Shown piece by piece: positions 25,242-36,954 of a DNA stretch of 64,000 nucleotides (position 1 is its first letter; the number at the start of each line of letters is the position of its first letter). Source of the stretch: Raja brachyura (lineage: Eukaryota); assembly GCA_963514005.1 (NCBI GenBank), contig OY740792.1, positions 16,926,001 through 16,990,000 of the forward strand, written 5' to 3'. The position numbers were made by a program, and so were the translations under genes. Below the pieces are notes generated by a model, which saw nothing but the letters and a program-made list of their open reading frames with translations, was not told the DNA's origin and did no database searches.

Positions 25242-25370
25242 GTTTTAAAGAAGGAACTGCAGATGCTGGAAAATCGAGGGTACACAAAAGGCTGGAGAAA
25301 CTCAGCGAGTGCAGCAGCATCTAAGGAGCAAAGGAGATAGGCGATGTTTTGGGTCGAGACCCTTCTTCAG
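25242..25370 (-). mobile_element. 129-bp Penelope-derived insert with 14-bp TSD
   Basis: aaatgcattacatt at 25228-25241 and 25371-25384. Confidence 0.8.
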
Positions 25371-26189
25371 AAATGCATTACATTACTTGGAGACAGCAGG
25401 TCAAAAGCCTGGTTCAACAAAAGGTCACACGGGGAATCCCAGAACAAAACAGGCTTAAAACAAATATAGAACAATACTTTGTAAAGAACAGGAAACAATG
25501 TTGCAAGCCTAATGAGGAAACAGGCTAAATATCTATATAATTAAGTCTCATCTTGGCCATTTCCTGTCTGCCCTGTATATTGATTTTAGAAAAAACGCCA
25601 CCATATATCGCAATAATTTTTGTCCATCTTACTCACACTCCTCCTCCGCTGAGATGCTCTCGTCTGTCAATCACCACAGTGAAGGCAACGCCCCTTCGTG
25701 GGGGAGGAGGGGGGTGGGCAGGACTATAAAACCCAGGACGTGCTTGGACGTTACTCACTCTGCAAGATTGCGAGGGAGAGGCCACAACTCTCATTCTAAG
25801 CTGCGAATCAACTGAACTGTGAGTCTGCAATGTACTTGCAATAAATTATTTGTTAACCCTTAATGACAATGCCATGAGTTGTTTGGCCTGTTGCCCTGCC
25901 TGTGCTTGAAACTGCAATGCTTTATTAGGTCCCTCTGCGTTTGGAAGGAATATATGCTTTATTAGGTCCAACTGTGTTTGGTTCAAAAGTCCCACTCATT
26001 TCGTGACGTAGTGGACAGGTCGCGCTGATTACGTAATTTCCGGTGAGTGCAGAAGTCGCATTGATTGCGTGATTTCCAGTAGGTGCAGAGGACACGCTGA
26101 TATCGGAAGTGCCGCTGACTGCGGAAGCCCCAAAGTGGAGCGGCAGCACTCAGCCGTGAGTATTCAAGAAGGTTTACTGCCATATATAT

Positions 26190-26202
26190 GGTGTGTATGT
26201 CA

Positions 26203-26239
<37 letters not shown>

Positions 26240-26360
26240 TGAGTGTATGTGTGTGTATGTGTTTGTGAGTGTATGTGTGTGTATGTGTTTGTGAGTGTGT
26301 GTATGTATGTGTTTGTGAGTGTGTGCGTGACTATGTGTATGTGTTTGTGAGTGTATGTGT
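26190..26360. repeat. Compound (TG)n microsatellite, continuing at 27504-27550
   Basis: Direct observation. Confidence 0.9.
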
Positions 26361-27503
26361 CAAGTCAAGTTACATCACTTTTATTTCTATAGCACATTTA
26401 AAAAACTCTCGTTGACCAAAGTGCTTTACATTGGTGGAGGTACTAATGTTATACAACAGTGGTTCATAGATTAAGTACATACATAAATACATACATGTAG
26501 CCCTTCCTCAGAGGACGTCAAGAAAGGCTTGAGAGTAAAGATGAGTATTAAGTCTCGACTTAAAAGAGTTGATGGAGGGGGCAGTTCTGATGGGAAGAGG
26601 GATGCTGTTCCACAGTCTAGGAACTGCAACCGCAAAAGCGCGGTCGCCCCTGAGCTTATGCCTAGACAGCGGGATGTTCAGTATCCTCAAGTCGGCCGAT
26701 CTGAGGGACCTGGAGGTGGCGTGGTGGGTAAGCAGACTTTTGACGTAGGTGGGGGCAAGCCTGTTAAGGGCTTTGTAGACATAAAGAAGGATCTTGAAAT
26801 TTATTCGGAACCGCACAGGGAGCCGGTGGAGAGAGGCCAGAATCGGCGTGATGTGGTCCCTTTTTCGGTGCCCGTCAGGAGTCTCGCTGCGGCGTTTTGG
26901 ACCAGTTGCAGGAGGGACAGGGAAGATTGGCTTATGCCAGTATTAAGGGAGTTGCAGTTATCGAGGCGGGAGGAGATAAATGTGTGGATGATATTTTCGA
27001 GGTCATCAAACTGGAGGAATTGTTTTATTTTAGCTTTCTTCCAAAGCTGGAAGAAGCTAGCTTTTACCACGGTTTTGACTTGTTTGTCAAATTTCAATGT
27101 TGAGTCAAATATCACGCCAAGGTTTTTGACGTGAGGTTTGAGTAATGGGGTAAGGCTTCCAAGACTGCCTGCTATCGTTTTGATTGAGTCCGAGGGGCTG
27201 AGAAGGATGACCTCAGACTTACTCTCGTTTAGTTGGAGGAAGTTCTGGGCCATCCAACACTTTAACTCCTTGAGGCAGTGGATACGGTTAAGTAGATTTG
27301 ATCGGTTGTTGGGTTTCAGGGGGAGAAAGAGTTGTGTATCGTCTGCATTGCAATGGAAGGAAATGCCACGCCTTTGAATGACTTGGCCTAAGGGGAGCAT
27401 ATACAGGGAGAAGAGAATGGGGTCAAGGATGGAACCTTGTGGAACCCCGCAGCAGAGGCTAGCTGGGAAGGAGAAAGAGTTGCCTATGTTAGTAGAGAAA
27501 CTC
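26361..27503 (-). mobile_element. L2-clade LINE 3' portion (RT)
   Basis: GVPQGSIL, FHCNADDTQL, WMAQNFLQLNESKSE, SRLDNCNSL, LVQNAAARLL; ttgacttga tail. Confidence 0.88.
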
Positions 27504-28656
27504 CTGTGTGTGAGTGTGTGTGAGAGAGTGTGAGTGTGTGTGTGTGAGTGGTCTCAGTGACTGAGCTTCCAGCCCAATAATCCATTCGGCCCACAATGTC
27601 CATACTAGCCCTCTGGAAACCAGTCTCTTCGGCCCACAACACCATGATAGTGCTCCAGAAAACCCCACCACATCACCCCCCCCCGGCCAGCAATATTGGA
27701 ATTGGTGGAGAGCGGAATATTGCGTTGCGGGACCAGCCATCCCGTGTGAAGCTGGGACCCAACGGGTCCCACTTAGTCTATATCTATCTATATATATAGT
27801 ATAGTGAAGTTTCTAGATATTGATTTGCGAAGAACGTACATTCAATTACCAGGCGCAATCCTAAGTTTCTTACTGCCTGCCACTTTAATTCTCTAGGACA
27901 CTGTCTCTCTCCCGAGTTGTTTTTCTCTCTTTCCCAGATATGTTGAAACATAATGGATGTTGTACAATATAAGTTTCGACAATGAAAGGTTACACATTAC
28001 ACGTTTTGGTCAATTAAACCATGGAAACATCACAGTCCATAGAAAATCTTTTCAGCGAAGGAAGGCAGGGAAGTACCTTTCTCTCTATAAAGAACAGATC
28101 AACACATGACAACAGATCAAAGGGTTTTCAATGAGCATTCTGCTTTCCATTAAACCAGAATTAGATTTTTATAATTTTCTCTATTACGTGAAACTTTTCC
28201 AGGCTTTTACAACCTTACTCTGACCTTGCTGCTCGTTTACTTGTCCTTTCACTTATACTGCATCATTATTCAGTTCAATGACACTGAACAATATTAGGAC
28301 AGCAGATCAAGGCTAAAATGGGGTCAACTGGTTGGAATTAACAACTCAGTATACAAAAGACGCTGCAAAGTTTCAGACATATACAAATTATATTGTTTCT
28401 AGAAATCAAGTTGCAGTGAGAATTAAAGGGAATTAACTATTTTAAAGAGAAGAACATAGCACATGTGAAACTTGCAGCAAACGGAATAGTTTCGAGACAG
28501 AAAAATGACATTTAAAATTCTGAAAGCATTTTTTTCCTAGAGGTTAATTAAGTATTTACATCGTGGTTTAGCCTTGGTTTTGTATATACAAGCACACTGT
28601 TTAAGCTGGGAACTCCTGAAGAAAATCACGGATGATTCTTCCAATTGTGGTCATAC

Positions 28657-28847
28657 CTTTTACTCTTGCACTTTCACCCGAATCATCTTTGTCCTTTAGC
28701 ATGGTTGGCAGAAAGAGAGAATGATTTGTTACCATGGTGTGAATCATAGGCAGTGGGACCAAGTTTTGAATCAGCTTTTCATTCTCATACAATGCTGGTA
28801 TGAACTTATGGAGGGCTTCCAAAAATCCCACATCTGTATAGCGATAC
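28657..28847 (-). CDS. URB1: URB1 exon: YRYTDVGFLEAL...HSLFLPTML...ARVK
   Basis: CAG/GTATG; 191 nt; HSLFLPT motif. Confidence 0.92.
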
Positions 28848-29472
28848 CTGCCATTATAAAGGGGTCATCAGAACCAGGAACATACATTTCTCTGCTACAA
28901 ACTCCATTTGGTCACCACAAACTCCATCTTTCTTCCTGGCAAAATGATCAAAACTAAATCAGCTTGTTTGGCACTCCAGGTGTTTTTGTGTCAGTGAGAT
29001 GATTTTCAGACAACATGTTAAAATATGTTATTCCATCTACTTACAGTATACTTCTGGAATAATACCTCAGTTAATCTGATACCAAAACCCTCATCCATAA
29101 CTTTATTGACTCTGGGTTTCTCCATTGCAGCTCAATCCTGCTTGCCTAATGCCATGGATTTGAGGATGATCTAAATGTTGCTGCTCAGGTTTTGTCCATC
29201 AGTATAGTCTACATTAAATTATACTTCAGTTTTAAAATTGCTTTCAAATCCTTCCTTTCTTTGCAATTCTCCTCTTGTCATCCAACTCTAAAGAGGTATC
29301 TGACTGTTCCAAATCTGCATTATTATGTACCTCTGACGTTGAATCGGCTGCCCCGAGACCTCATTTTGCTTTTAATCTCAAATGTACTGTTGGACTGTTA
29401 AACATAACTGTTTACAAAGATGTAAAAAGTTTTTTTTCAGGTTGCCAAAATAAAACAAACATTTTTACTTAC

Positions 29473-29531
29473 TTAAGCCCATTCTTTATATACTTATTCC
29501 AATCGTCTGCATTGACTTCGTCAACTGAGAC
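29473..29531 (-). CDS. URB1: URB1 short exon: VSVDEVNADDWNKYIKNGLK
   Basis: CAG/GTAAG; 59 nt after a 107-nt intron. Confidence 0.88.
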
Positions 29532-29638
29532 CTGCAAAAATAAAATACATAGTCTGGCATCAATGGCTTTAATATATTGAAAATGTACACAACACTTCAT
29601 TGCTTTGCACCTAAATGAGGCAATAGATAGAAACTGAC

Positions 29639-29825
29639 CAATAATTCCTGCAGCCTGCCAAGTAATGCCAATTCTGTCTCCTTCATTTTCTCTTCCTCTA
29701 CCTTGCAGCTGCTATAGTTGGCAACTAACCACCGAATGCAAGCCTTCAGCAGGGATTTCCTCCAGGACTGTTTGTCTTCAGGGTATTCCTCCAGAACATT
29801 TGTGATTGCATCGGCTAAAGTCCAC
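29639..29825 (-). CDS. URB1: URB1 exon: WTLADAITNVLE...SWRKSLLKACIRWL...LQELL
   Basis: CAG/GTCAG; 187 nt. Confidence 0.9.
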
Positions 29826-30175
29826 CTGCAATTAAACAACTTCATTTTTCAGAAAGGAATTTTTTTAAAGAGGCGAATGCTGAAAAATTGACCAAGCAAA
29901 ATGACATATGTTCATAGTCTGGCGCTGAATGCCCAATGACAAATCAAAAATGCTCTTTACATATCTATCACATTTAATATTCATACACAATGGTGTAGAT
30001 TTATGGTGATAAAACCACTATTTTATTAAATGCATATAGTTCAGCGACAAAATATGTTGAACGACCAAAGATATTCTTGCTTCCAAGTCGAATATTTGTG
30101 TTCATGTCCCATTCCACATATCTGGGCATAAAATCTATACTGCCACTGTAAATTAAACCTACCAGTCCTCTCATG

Positions 30176-30930
30176 TATCATATAACCATATAACAATTAC
30201 AGCACCGAAACAGGCCTTCTCGGCCCTTCCAGTCTGCGCCGACCATTTATTTTCCCCTAGTCCCATCTACCTGCACTCAGACCATACCCCTCCATTCCCT
30301 TCCCGTCCATATACCTATCCACTTTACTTTTAAATGTTAAAATCGATCCTGCCTCCACCACTTCTGCAGGAAGATCATTCCACACAGCCACCACTCTCTG
30401 AGTAAAGAAGTTCCCCCTCATGTTACCCCTAAACTTCTGTCCCTTAATTCCCATGTCATGCCCTCTTGTTTGAATCTTTCCTACCCTCAATGGGAAAAGC
30501 TTATCCACGTCAACTCTGTCTATCCCTTTCATCATTTTAAAGTCCTCAATCAAGTCCCCCCTTAACCTTCTGCGCTCCAAAGAATAAAGACCTAACTTGT
30601 TCAACCTTTCTCTGTAACTTAGTTGCTGGAACCCAGGCAACATTCTAGTAAATCTCCTCTGTACTCTCTCTATTTTGTTGACATCCTTCCTATAATTAGG
30701 CGACAAAAATTGTACACCATACTCCAGAATTGGTCTTACCAATGCCTTGTACAATTTTAACATTACTTCCCTACTCCTATATTCAATGCTCTGATTTATA
30801 AAGGCCAGCACACCAAAAGCTTTCTTTACCACCCTATCTACACGCGATTCCACCTTCAAGGAACTATGCACAGTTATTCCTAGATCCCTCTGTTCCACAG
30901 CATTCCTCAATTCCCTACCATTTACCACGT
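30176..30930 (-). mobile_element. Young CR1 3' end (223-aa open ORF)
   Basis: Near-identical to 10535-11028, opposite strand. Confidence 0.9.
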
Positions 30931-31235
30931 ATCCCTTCCAGTCTCTGCCTACTCTTCCCTCTGGGACTTGTCTGTTCTATTTTCTAGTAACAAGCCAGCC
31001 CCCCCCCCCCCGCTGACTGTGCTGTCATTCTAGATCACATGCCTGCCGTACCAGTTCGAACCCTCCCTACAATATTGATCCCCTCACAGATCAAGTGCAA
31101 CCCGTACCTCTTGTATAGGCCACCTCTGTCCCAGAAGAGATCCCGATGATTCAAAAACGTGAAGCCCTCTTTCTTGCACCAGCCACCATTTATCTGTCCT
31201 ATCTTCCTGTTACTATACTCACTACCACGTTGCAT
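30931..31235 (-). mobile_element. CR1 ORF1 esterase (SGNH-like) fragment
   Basis: WCKKEGFTFLNHRDLFWDRGGLYKRYGLHL resembles the CR1 ORF1 C-terminus. Confidence 0.65.
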
Positions 31236-31504
31236 ATTAGGATTATAATAAAAGCATCAAAAATCCAGTGATTTAGATTTTTTTAATTTACCACGTGAAC
31301 ATCCCAACATCTCTTCCTTTCTATACAATCAGCCTTCATGTCCATTTCTCCAGTCTAGAGTATGTTTACCCGAGCTTCTCCCTGAAATAACTCATACTTT
31401 GTTTCACCATCTTGTACATCATTATGAATTCCTTTAGCCATTTTCCTATGCTGAGAACATGATATAGTGTGCAGCTTCATTGCAAAGTAAAGGAAGGCAG
31501 CTAC

Positions 31505-31712
31505 CTTGATAGATTTGCTGTTTTTTCCAGCACTGGAGGTAGCAGATCCACAATACATGCCACATCTTCTCGTGATGATGGCGACCGTTGTACTAATCTA
31601 GCAAGCACTTTCATCTGTAAATCTAGTACATCAGATGGGTCATTCAATGCAATGTTGCTGACTAATGTCTTCCACATGGCATTTCTGATGACCTTGAGAA
31701 CATCTGCAAAAA
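31505..31712 (-). CDS. URB1: URB1 exon: FADVLKVIRNAMWKTL...LEKTANLSR
   Basis: TAG/GTAGC; 208 nt, phases 1 and 2 match neighbours. Confidence 0.85.
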
Positions 31713-31811
31713 CTAGATTAAAGGAAGAAAACATTGCTTATGGTCTGAAAAGTAAATTACATGATTACACTAACAAGTCACAAACATCACAAATTGTCTG
31801 AAGCAATATTT

Positions 31812-32105
31812 AGTTTAGTTTAAAGATAGTGTGGAAACAGGTTCTTCGGCCCACCGAGTCTGCGCCGACCAGCAATCCCCGTACACTAGCACTAACCTAC
31901 ACACTAGGGCCAATTTATAATTTTTGTTACCAAAGCCAATTAACCTACAAACCTGTACGTCTTTGGAATGTGTGAGGAAAACGGAGCCCCCGGAGAAAAC
32001 CCAGGTGGTCACAGGGAGAAGTACAAACTCCGGAAAGACAGCACCCATAGTCACGATCAAATCCGGGTCTCTGGCTCTGTAAGGCAGCAATTCTACCGCT
32101 GCGCT
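31812..32105 (-). mobile_element. V-SINE (HE1-like); a more degraded copy lies at ~32225-32520
   Basis: tRNA head, V core and CR1-like tail on minus. Confidence 0.8.
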
Positions 32106-32679
32106 ACTAATTCTATTTGGCTATTTCTGTGGAGAATACTTAATAATAATTGAGGCATTAGCTGGAGTTCACCTGGGTATATTTTTATTGAAGAACGTCC
32201 AAAGATACTTGCTTATAGTGACAGAGGCAATCATCAGTCCATGCCAGCCCCCAACAGAACAATCATTTTTGTGCTGATACCCCACTCCTTATTTCCCTGC
32301 AACTTTGCAACGCATTCTCTCTTACATGTGCGTCAATCTGTGATTCTTTTCGCCATTTACCTGCAGTCATTCACAGTGGCCAATTAAGCCACGGGCATGT
32401 CTTTGGAACGTGGGAGGACATTGGAGCACCCTGACCAAACCTAATCAATCACACAGAGAAAATTTAAACTCCGCAGGCAGTACCCAAGGTCAAGACCAAA
32501 CGACGCAGCAGCATTCAGTATTGTGTTGCACTGATCAATATTTTAAACGGATTTACTGCTCATTTTCTTCTCCACAAGTAACGTATGGATTAAAAGTGGC
32601 AACAGGACAAACGTTCATGGATCTAGTCACCCTCTTCAGATAAACAACAGCACTTATAACGTTCTTGAAATGTCAGGCT

Positions 32680-32945
32680 TTGTTTTGAGGTCAGAGAGAA
32701 AATGTTTAAAAGGGGATATGTGGGGCAGTGAGTGGTGGGTGTCAGGATGTGCTGCCAGGGGTGATGGTGGAAGCAGATACAACTGTGTCATTTAAAATAC
32801 TTTCAGATAGACATATGGTTATGCAGGGAATGGAGGGTTGTGGATCGCATGCAGGTAGTGGAGATTAGTTTAACGTCATCATGTTTGGCACAGATATTGT
32901 GGGTTGAATGGTCTGTTTCCGTCCAGACAGTTCCATGTTCTATGT
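32680..32945 (+). mobile_element. Degraded CR1 3' end
   Basis: gtggtgggt...ggtggaagcagatac...ggaatggaggg. Confidence 0.6.
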
Positions 32946-33214
32946 ACTGCAAAGGCAGCCGGACAAGTCACAACCTCTATCCATCCCAATTCAAACAGTT
33001 CTGCGGCTGTCTTGTGGAATTATTTAATATATGATAGAATCATTTAATGCCAATAAAATATGCTATATTTTATGTGGGGTATCTGCAAACAATAATACTC
33101 ACAGGAAAACTAGCATTTGCAATTTCAGGCTACCATTTTTTTCCCCCACATAACAATTTCTAAAAAAATAGAATCAAAAGGATGAAACATAATAATAATT
33201 ATAAAGTTATTTAC

Positions 33215-34079
33215 CTCTCTTTGGTTGTGTATTTTTACTCCTTTCTCGGCACTCTAGATATGTGTTAAGAAGCGAGAGGTAAGCATTCATATATTTCTGA
33301 AGGTATTTCATTCTGCCCGATTCTAAGCACCAAAGCTCAAACTGCAAAAGGGTCATCTTGCTGTGCTGAAGTAGAAACTTGCAGATAGAAAGAGAGTCTT
33401 CAGTCGTGTGATTCAAGCAATAAAGAAAGACGTCTGGTCTCACAGCCTGTGCAAAGACTGGCTCTCTCACGAGGACTCGAAGAAGCACCTTCTCCAGCTC
33501 TTCACTGTTGGAGTACTGCAAGAGTGTTCCCACTGCACTGAAATGGTCGCACGATAGCAATAGATCATCCACGTCTGGACACTCCTGATAATTATCTGTA
33601 AGAATTTTTACCAAAGTTTTTCCATACAAGCTTAGCTGTTTCACTCTGTTATCTCCTTTATCTGGCTTACTCTCGATGGCGAGGCATTCTTCTGGGAGTT
33701 CCAACATGGATGCAACAATTTCTTTGAGCGAGGCTATACCTAAGTAGATGTTTAAATTTTCCAAGGCTTCGAAAGGCAGGGATTTTTTACCCGTCACTGC
33801 TGACTTAGATGTAGATGACTTTTTCATTTCAAGTTCCTTCAAAACACATCCCACTATAACTTTAAAGTAAGTCAACACTATATCCATGCGACCAAGACTC
33901 TGCAAAGATGGGACGGTTAGTTCAAGGACGCTCAGGGTATCAGAGCTTAGGCGAGCTGACAACATTTTAAAGCTGATGGGGTTAAGACTGTGGGCTGGTG
34001 GAGCCTGTAATTCCAAAGCCATGAACCATTGCTCCAGTGTGGGGTGTTTAAAAATTGCTGACGCTGTGCTCTCCAGAAC
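33215..34079 (-). CDS. URB1: URB1 large exon: VLESTASAIFKHPTLEQWFMALE...NTQPKR
   Basis: 865-nt open exon inside the 300-aa ORF; HPTLE.WF.ALE motif; CAG/GTAAA. Confidence 0.95.
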
Positions 34080-34129
34080 CTGAAATAAATAGTGGCGAAT
34101 AACAGGCACAAAATAAGTAGAAGAGACTA

Positions 34130-34480
34130 TCGATGCTGCTATCTTGAGTAAAAAACAAAACTGCTGAAGGAATTAAATGGGCCAGGCAGAACCTGTGGAT
34201 GGAAATGGATGGATTACATTTTGGATGAGGTTCGATTAGTACGGGTGTCAGGGGTTATGGGGAGAAGGCAGGAGAATGGGGTTGAGAGGGAACGATAGAA
34301 CAGCCAAGATTGAATGGTGGAGTGGACTTGATGGACCAAATGGCCTTATTCTGCTCCTACAACTTGTGACCATGACCTTTTACAAGTCTGAAGAAGGGTC
34401 CCATCCCAAAATGCCATCAATTCATTTACCTCCTATGATGCTACCTGGCCCACTGAGTTCCTTCAGCAGTTTGTATTTGT
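34130..34480. repeat. Inverted pair of Penelope-derived ends with a CR1 tail in the centre
   Basis: aaactgctgaaggaa...gggccagg versus cctggccc...ttccttcagcagttt; CR1 tail at 34235-34375. Confidence 0.6.
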
Positions 34481-35650
34481 AGGCTGAAAATAAACATTTG
34501 AAGCAGAAACAGTGAATACTGCCAATGCATGCAGTGAAACAGCACCTGAAAGGGAAAGTAAAGTTAGTTTTAGACTGGATGCTATTTTGGAACCGACACA
34601 GTTACAAAATTGACTTCAGGCTGCAGTTATGAGTGTCTGACTTCAAGTTAGGAGTGTCTGACTCCTTTGAATGCTTTCCGATCTACTTTGCGAATTTCAG
34701 AAATAATATGAGATATGATGTTAATGACCAACTAATATTTAGTATTATTTAATAGTAATAACAATTTCAAAAATATACAAAAATGTGTAAGTAACTCTGC
34801 CTTCTATTTAAAAATTGAAAAATAAATTCAAATGGTGAAAATCTGAAATAAAAACAGATGATGCTCAAAACATTTAGTAGGTCATGGCCCACACTGGCGT
34901 ACATGTCCCGGCTACACTCGTCGAGACACAAAGAGATAAGTGACCTACTAACTGTTTTTACCAGAATAAACTGATAACTTGATAAATAATCTCTCGTTAT
35001 CCAATGAGCTCAGCTTGAAGTCGAGCTATATAAATGCTGGAAAAGAACAGCGTCACAATCAAAAGCCAAACCTTTGTGGCCAAAGCTACACCAAAAGCAC
35101 TCTCCAAACTAGCCACCTCTAGCAAGAAAGACAAGGGGAGCTGGAGAACAGGAACACCACCACCTGCAGGTTTTCCTTCCAATTACACATCACATGAACT
35201 TGGAAATTGGTGCCTTCTGCATTGCTAGATCTAAATGCTATCCCAACTGCATTAAGAGAATACTTTAACCACAAATGTAGGGGTTCAAGAAAATGACTCA
35301 CCAACATAGTCTTATAGATAATTAGGGATGGACAATAAATGTTGACCCTTACAGCAATAATATTTCATTAATAAAGCATGACATTCACTGTCTAAATTCA
35401 CAATTGAATAATGACCATTTTGGTGAAACTACATACCCCCCACACAAAATCAATATACGCAGCAATGAAATGAATAGGGGAAAGGTAACCAACAATACAA
35501 CGTTAAAACAGACAGTTTTGCTGCAGTGCTAAAATACACATTTTTTCTTAAAGGGTTGAAATATGCTCATGGAGCATATTTATGCTTGGAATTCAAATAA
35601 TTACCCTCATGTACTTTATCAAAGCAGACCAAAAACGTTTGAGGAAATAC

Positions 35651-35818
35651 CTGTTCTTTCATTAGTTCATCCTTGGCAGGATTGAAGTCGAAAAGCTCAC
35701 TTTCTCCATGTTTTTCCAATTTCTCCTCAATATCTTCAGGCTCTTCACATTTCCGCAGAAGTGATTTCAAGAGATCCATGCATAATCCAATCAGTCCTAA
35801 ACCATTGCTTCTTCCTAA
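35651..35818 (-). CDS. URB1: URB1 exon: LGRSNGLGLIGLCMDLLKSLLRKCE...ELMKEQ
   Basis: CAG/GTATT; 168 nt. Confidence 0.88.
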
Positions 35819-35964
35819 CTGAAACAACAGATTAACAACCATGAGAACAACTAGCATATCTCAAGGCATTATTCTAAACCTCCTGTTACTTCTTATTTTA
35901 AAAATAAACAACCAAAAAACTCCATGTGACAAACCTCATCATTACTATATATAAACGTTTTATG

Positions 35965-36837
35965 TAGGTATGTTACAAAACTTACCTTCAGCGGCGCTGC
36001 AGTTCTGTCACTGGCCGTGTGCGCGACTTTCGCACCTTTGAGGGGGGGGGGTATTTTACTCCAGTGCTACAATTTCAGCACTGGAGTAAAATAACAATTA
36101 GCTTCTAATGCCGTGAACGCCGACAACGGGGACGGATTTCACGTAGGGGGACAGGTAAATGAAAGCCGTCAAAATTTCATGTTGCGAAATGGTGATTTAT
36201 TTCCCATACGAACCGGCAGTATTTTTCCTGCCGATATGGGGTTTAAATTCACCACAACTGCAACGTTCCATTTCATCACGTTCCACAAAATCCCACTCGC
36301 AAGCTGATTTAAATGGCCATTAATTTACCGGCATTAAACACCAAAATCCTTCAATTTGGCCTATAAATTCATGACAATCAATCATGTTATATTGTGAATT
36401 CTTGTGTGAATGTTATTTGGACACTTAGGCTTTAAATAAAATGTTAATATTTTCTTAAGAAATGGATAGATGTTTAGATCTAGTAATTGAATTTTGTAAT
36501 TAGCTACAATTGGGTAACTAATTATATGCTTTAATTTCAGGTCATTCAAGTAAGATTGTTTCATATTTGTTTCAGAATGCTTCAATCTATAATAACCGAA
36601 AATTTATTTCAGTTCTCTTAGTTTTGGCTGTCCTCGATCACAACTTTTGTGTTAAGCCAATGGAAAAGCAATAGGGAAAAAGGTGCTAATTTCAGAGAAT
36701 GAAAATGGCCATAACTTTTTAAATACTGAAGATATGAAAGTGAATTGGGTGTCAAATTAAACTTATTTTGGGGCTTTATCTGATGGGATAAATTGCAGAC
36801 TTGATCTTTAAAATCTCAAAATTATGTGACATTGCTA
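35965..36837. mobile_element. Non-autonomous DNA transposon (TAG...CTA termini), copy 1
   Basis: Imperfect TIR TAGGTATGTTACAAAA / TAGCAATGTCACATAA; 7-bp TSD ttttatg; homologous to 53870-55449. Confidence 0.75.
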
Positions 36838-36954
36838 TTTTATGATGAGGTCTGTCACGTGGTGTTGAAAGGTTACTTTAATAACAAGTGAACAAATATT
36901 ATCTGATTATAAATAGTTTTCTGTGATCAGGCATTATTGGTTAACCATACTTAC

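Larger units (their letters stand above)
25532..27781 (+). mobile_element. Non-autonomous Helitron-like element containing a minisatellite, a (TG)n tract and a nested L2
   Basis: A|TCTATATA start; GC hairpin tgggaccc-aac-gggtccca (27753-27771) 6 nt before a CTAT end. Confidence 0.65.

Noticed and set aside
26010-26125. ~36-nt repeats as a CRISPR-like array
   Set aside because: Contiguous degenerate tandem units with no spacers, in eukaryotic DNA; an ordinary minisatellite.
26529-27134. 201-aa plus-strand ORF and similar ORFs opposite LINEs (e.g. 15366-16311, 44933-45214)
   Set aside because: Antisense shadows of L2, Penelope and CR1 coding sequence.
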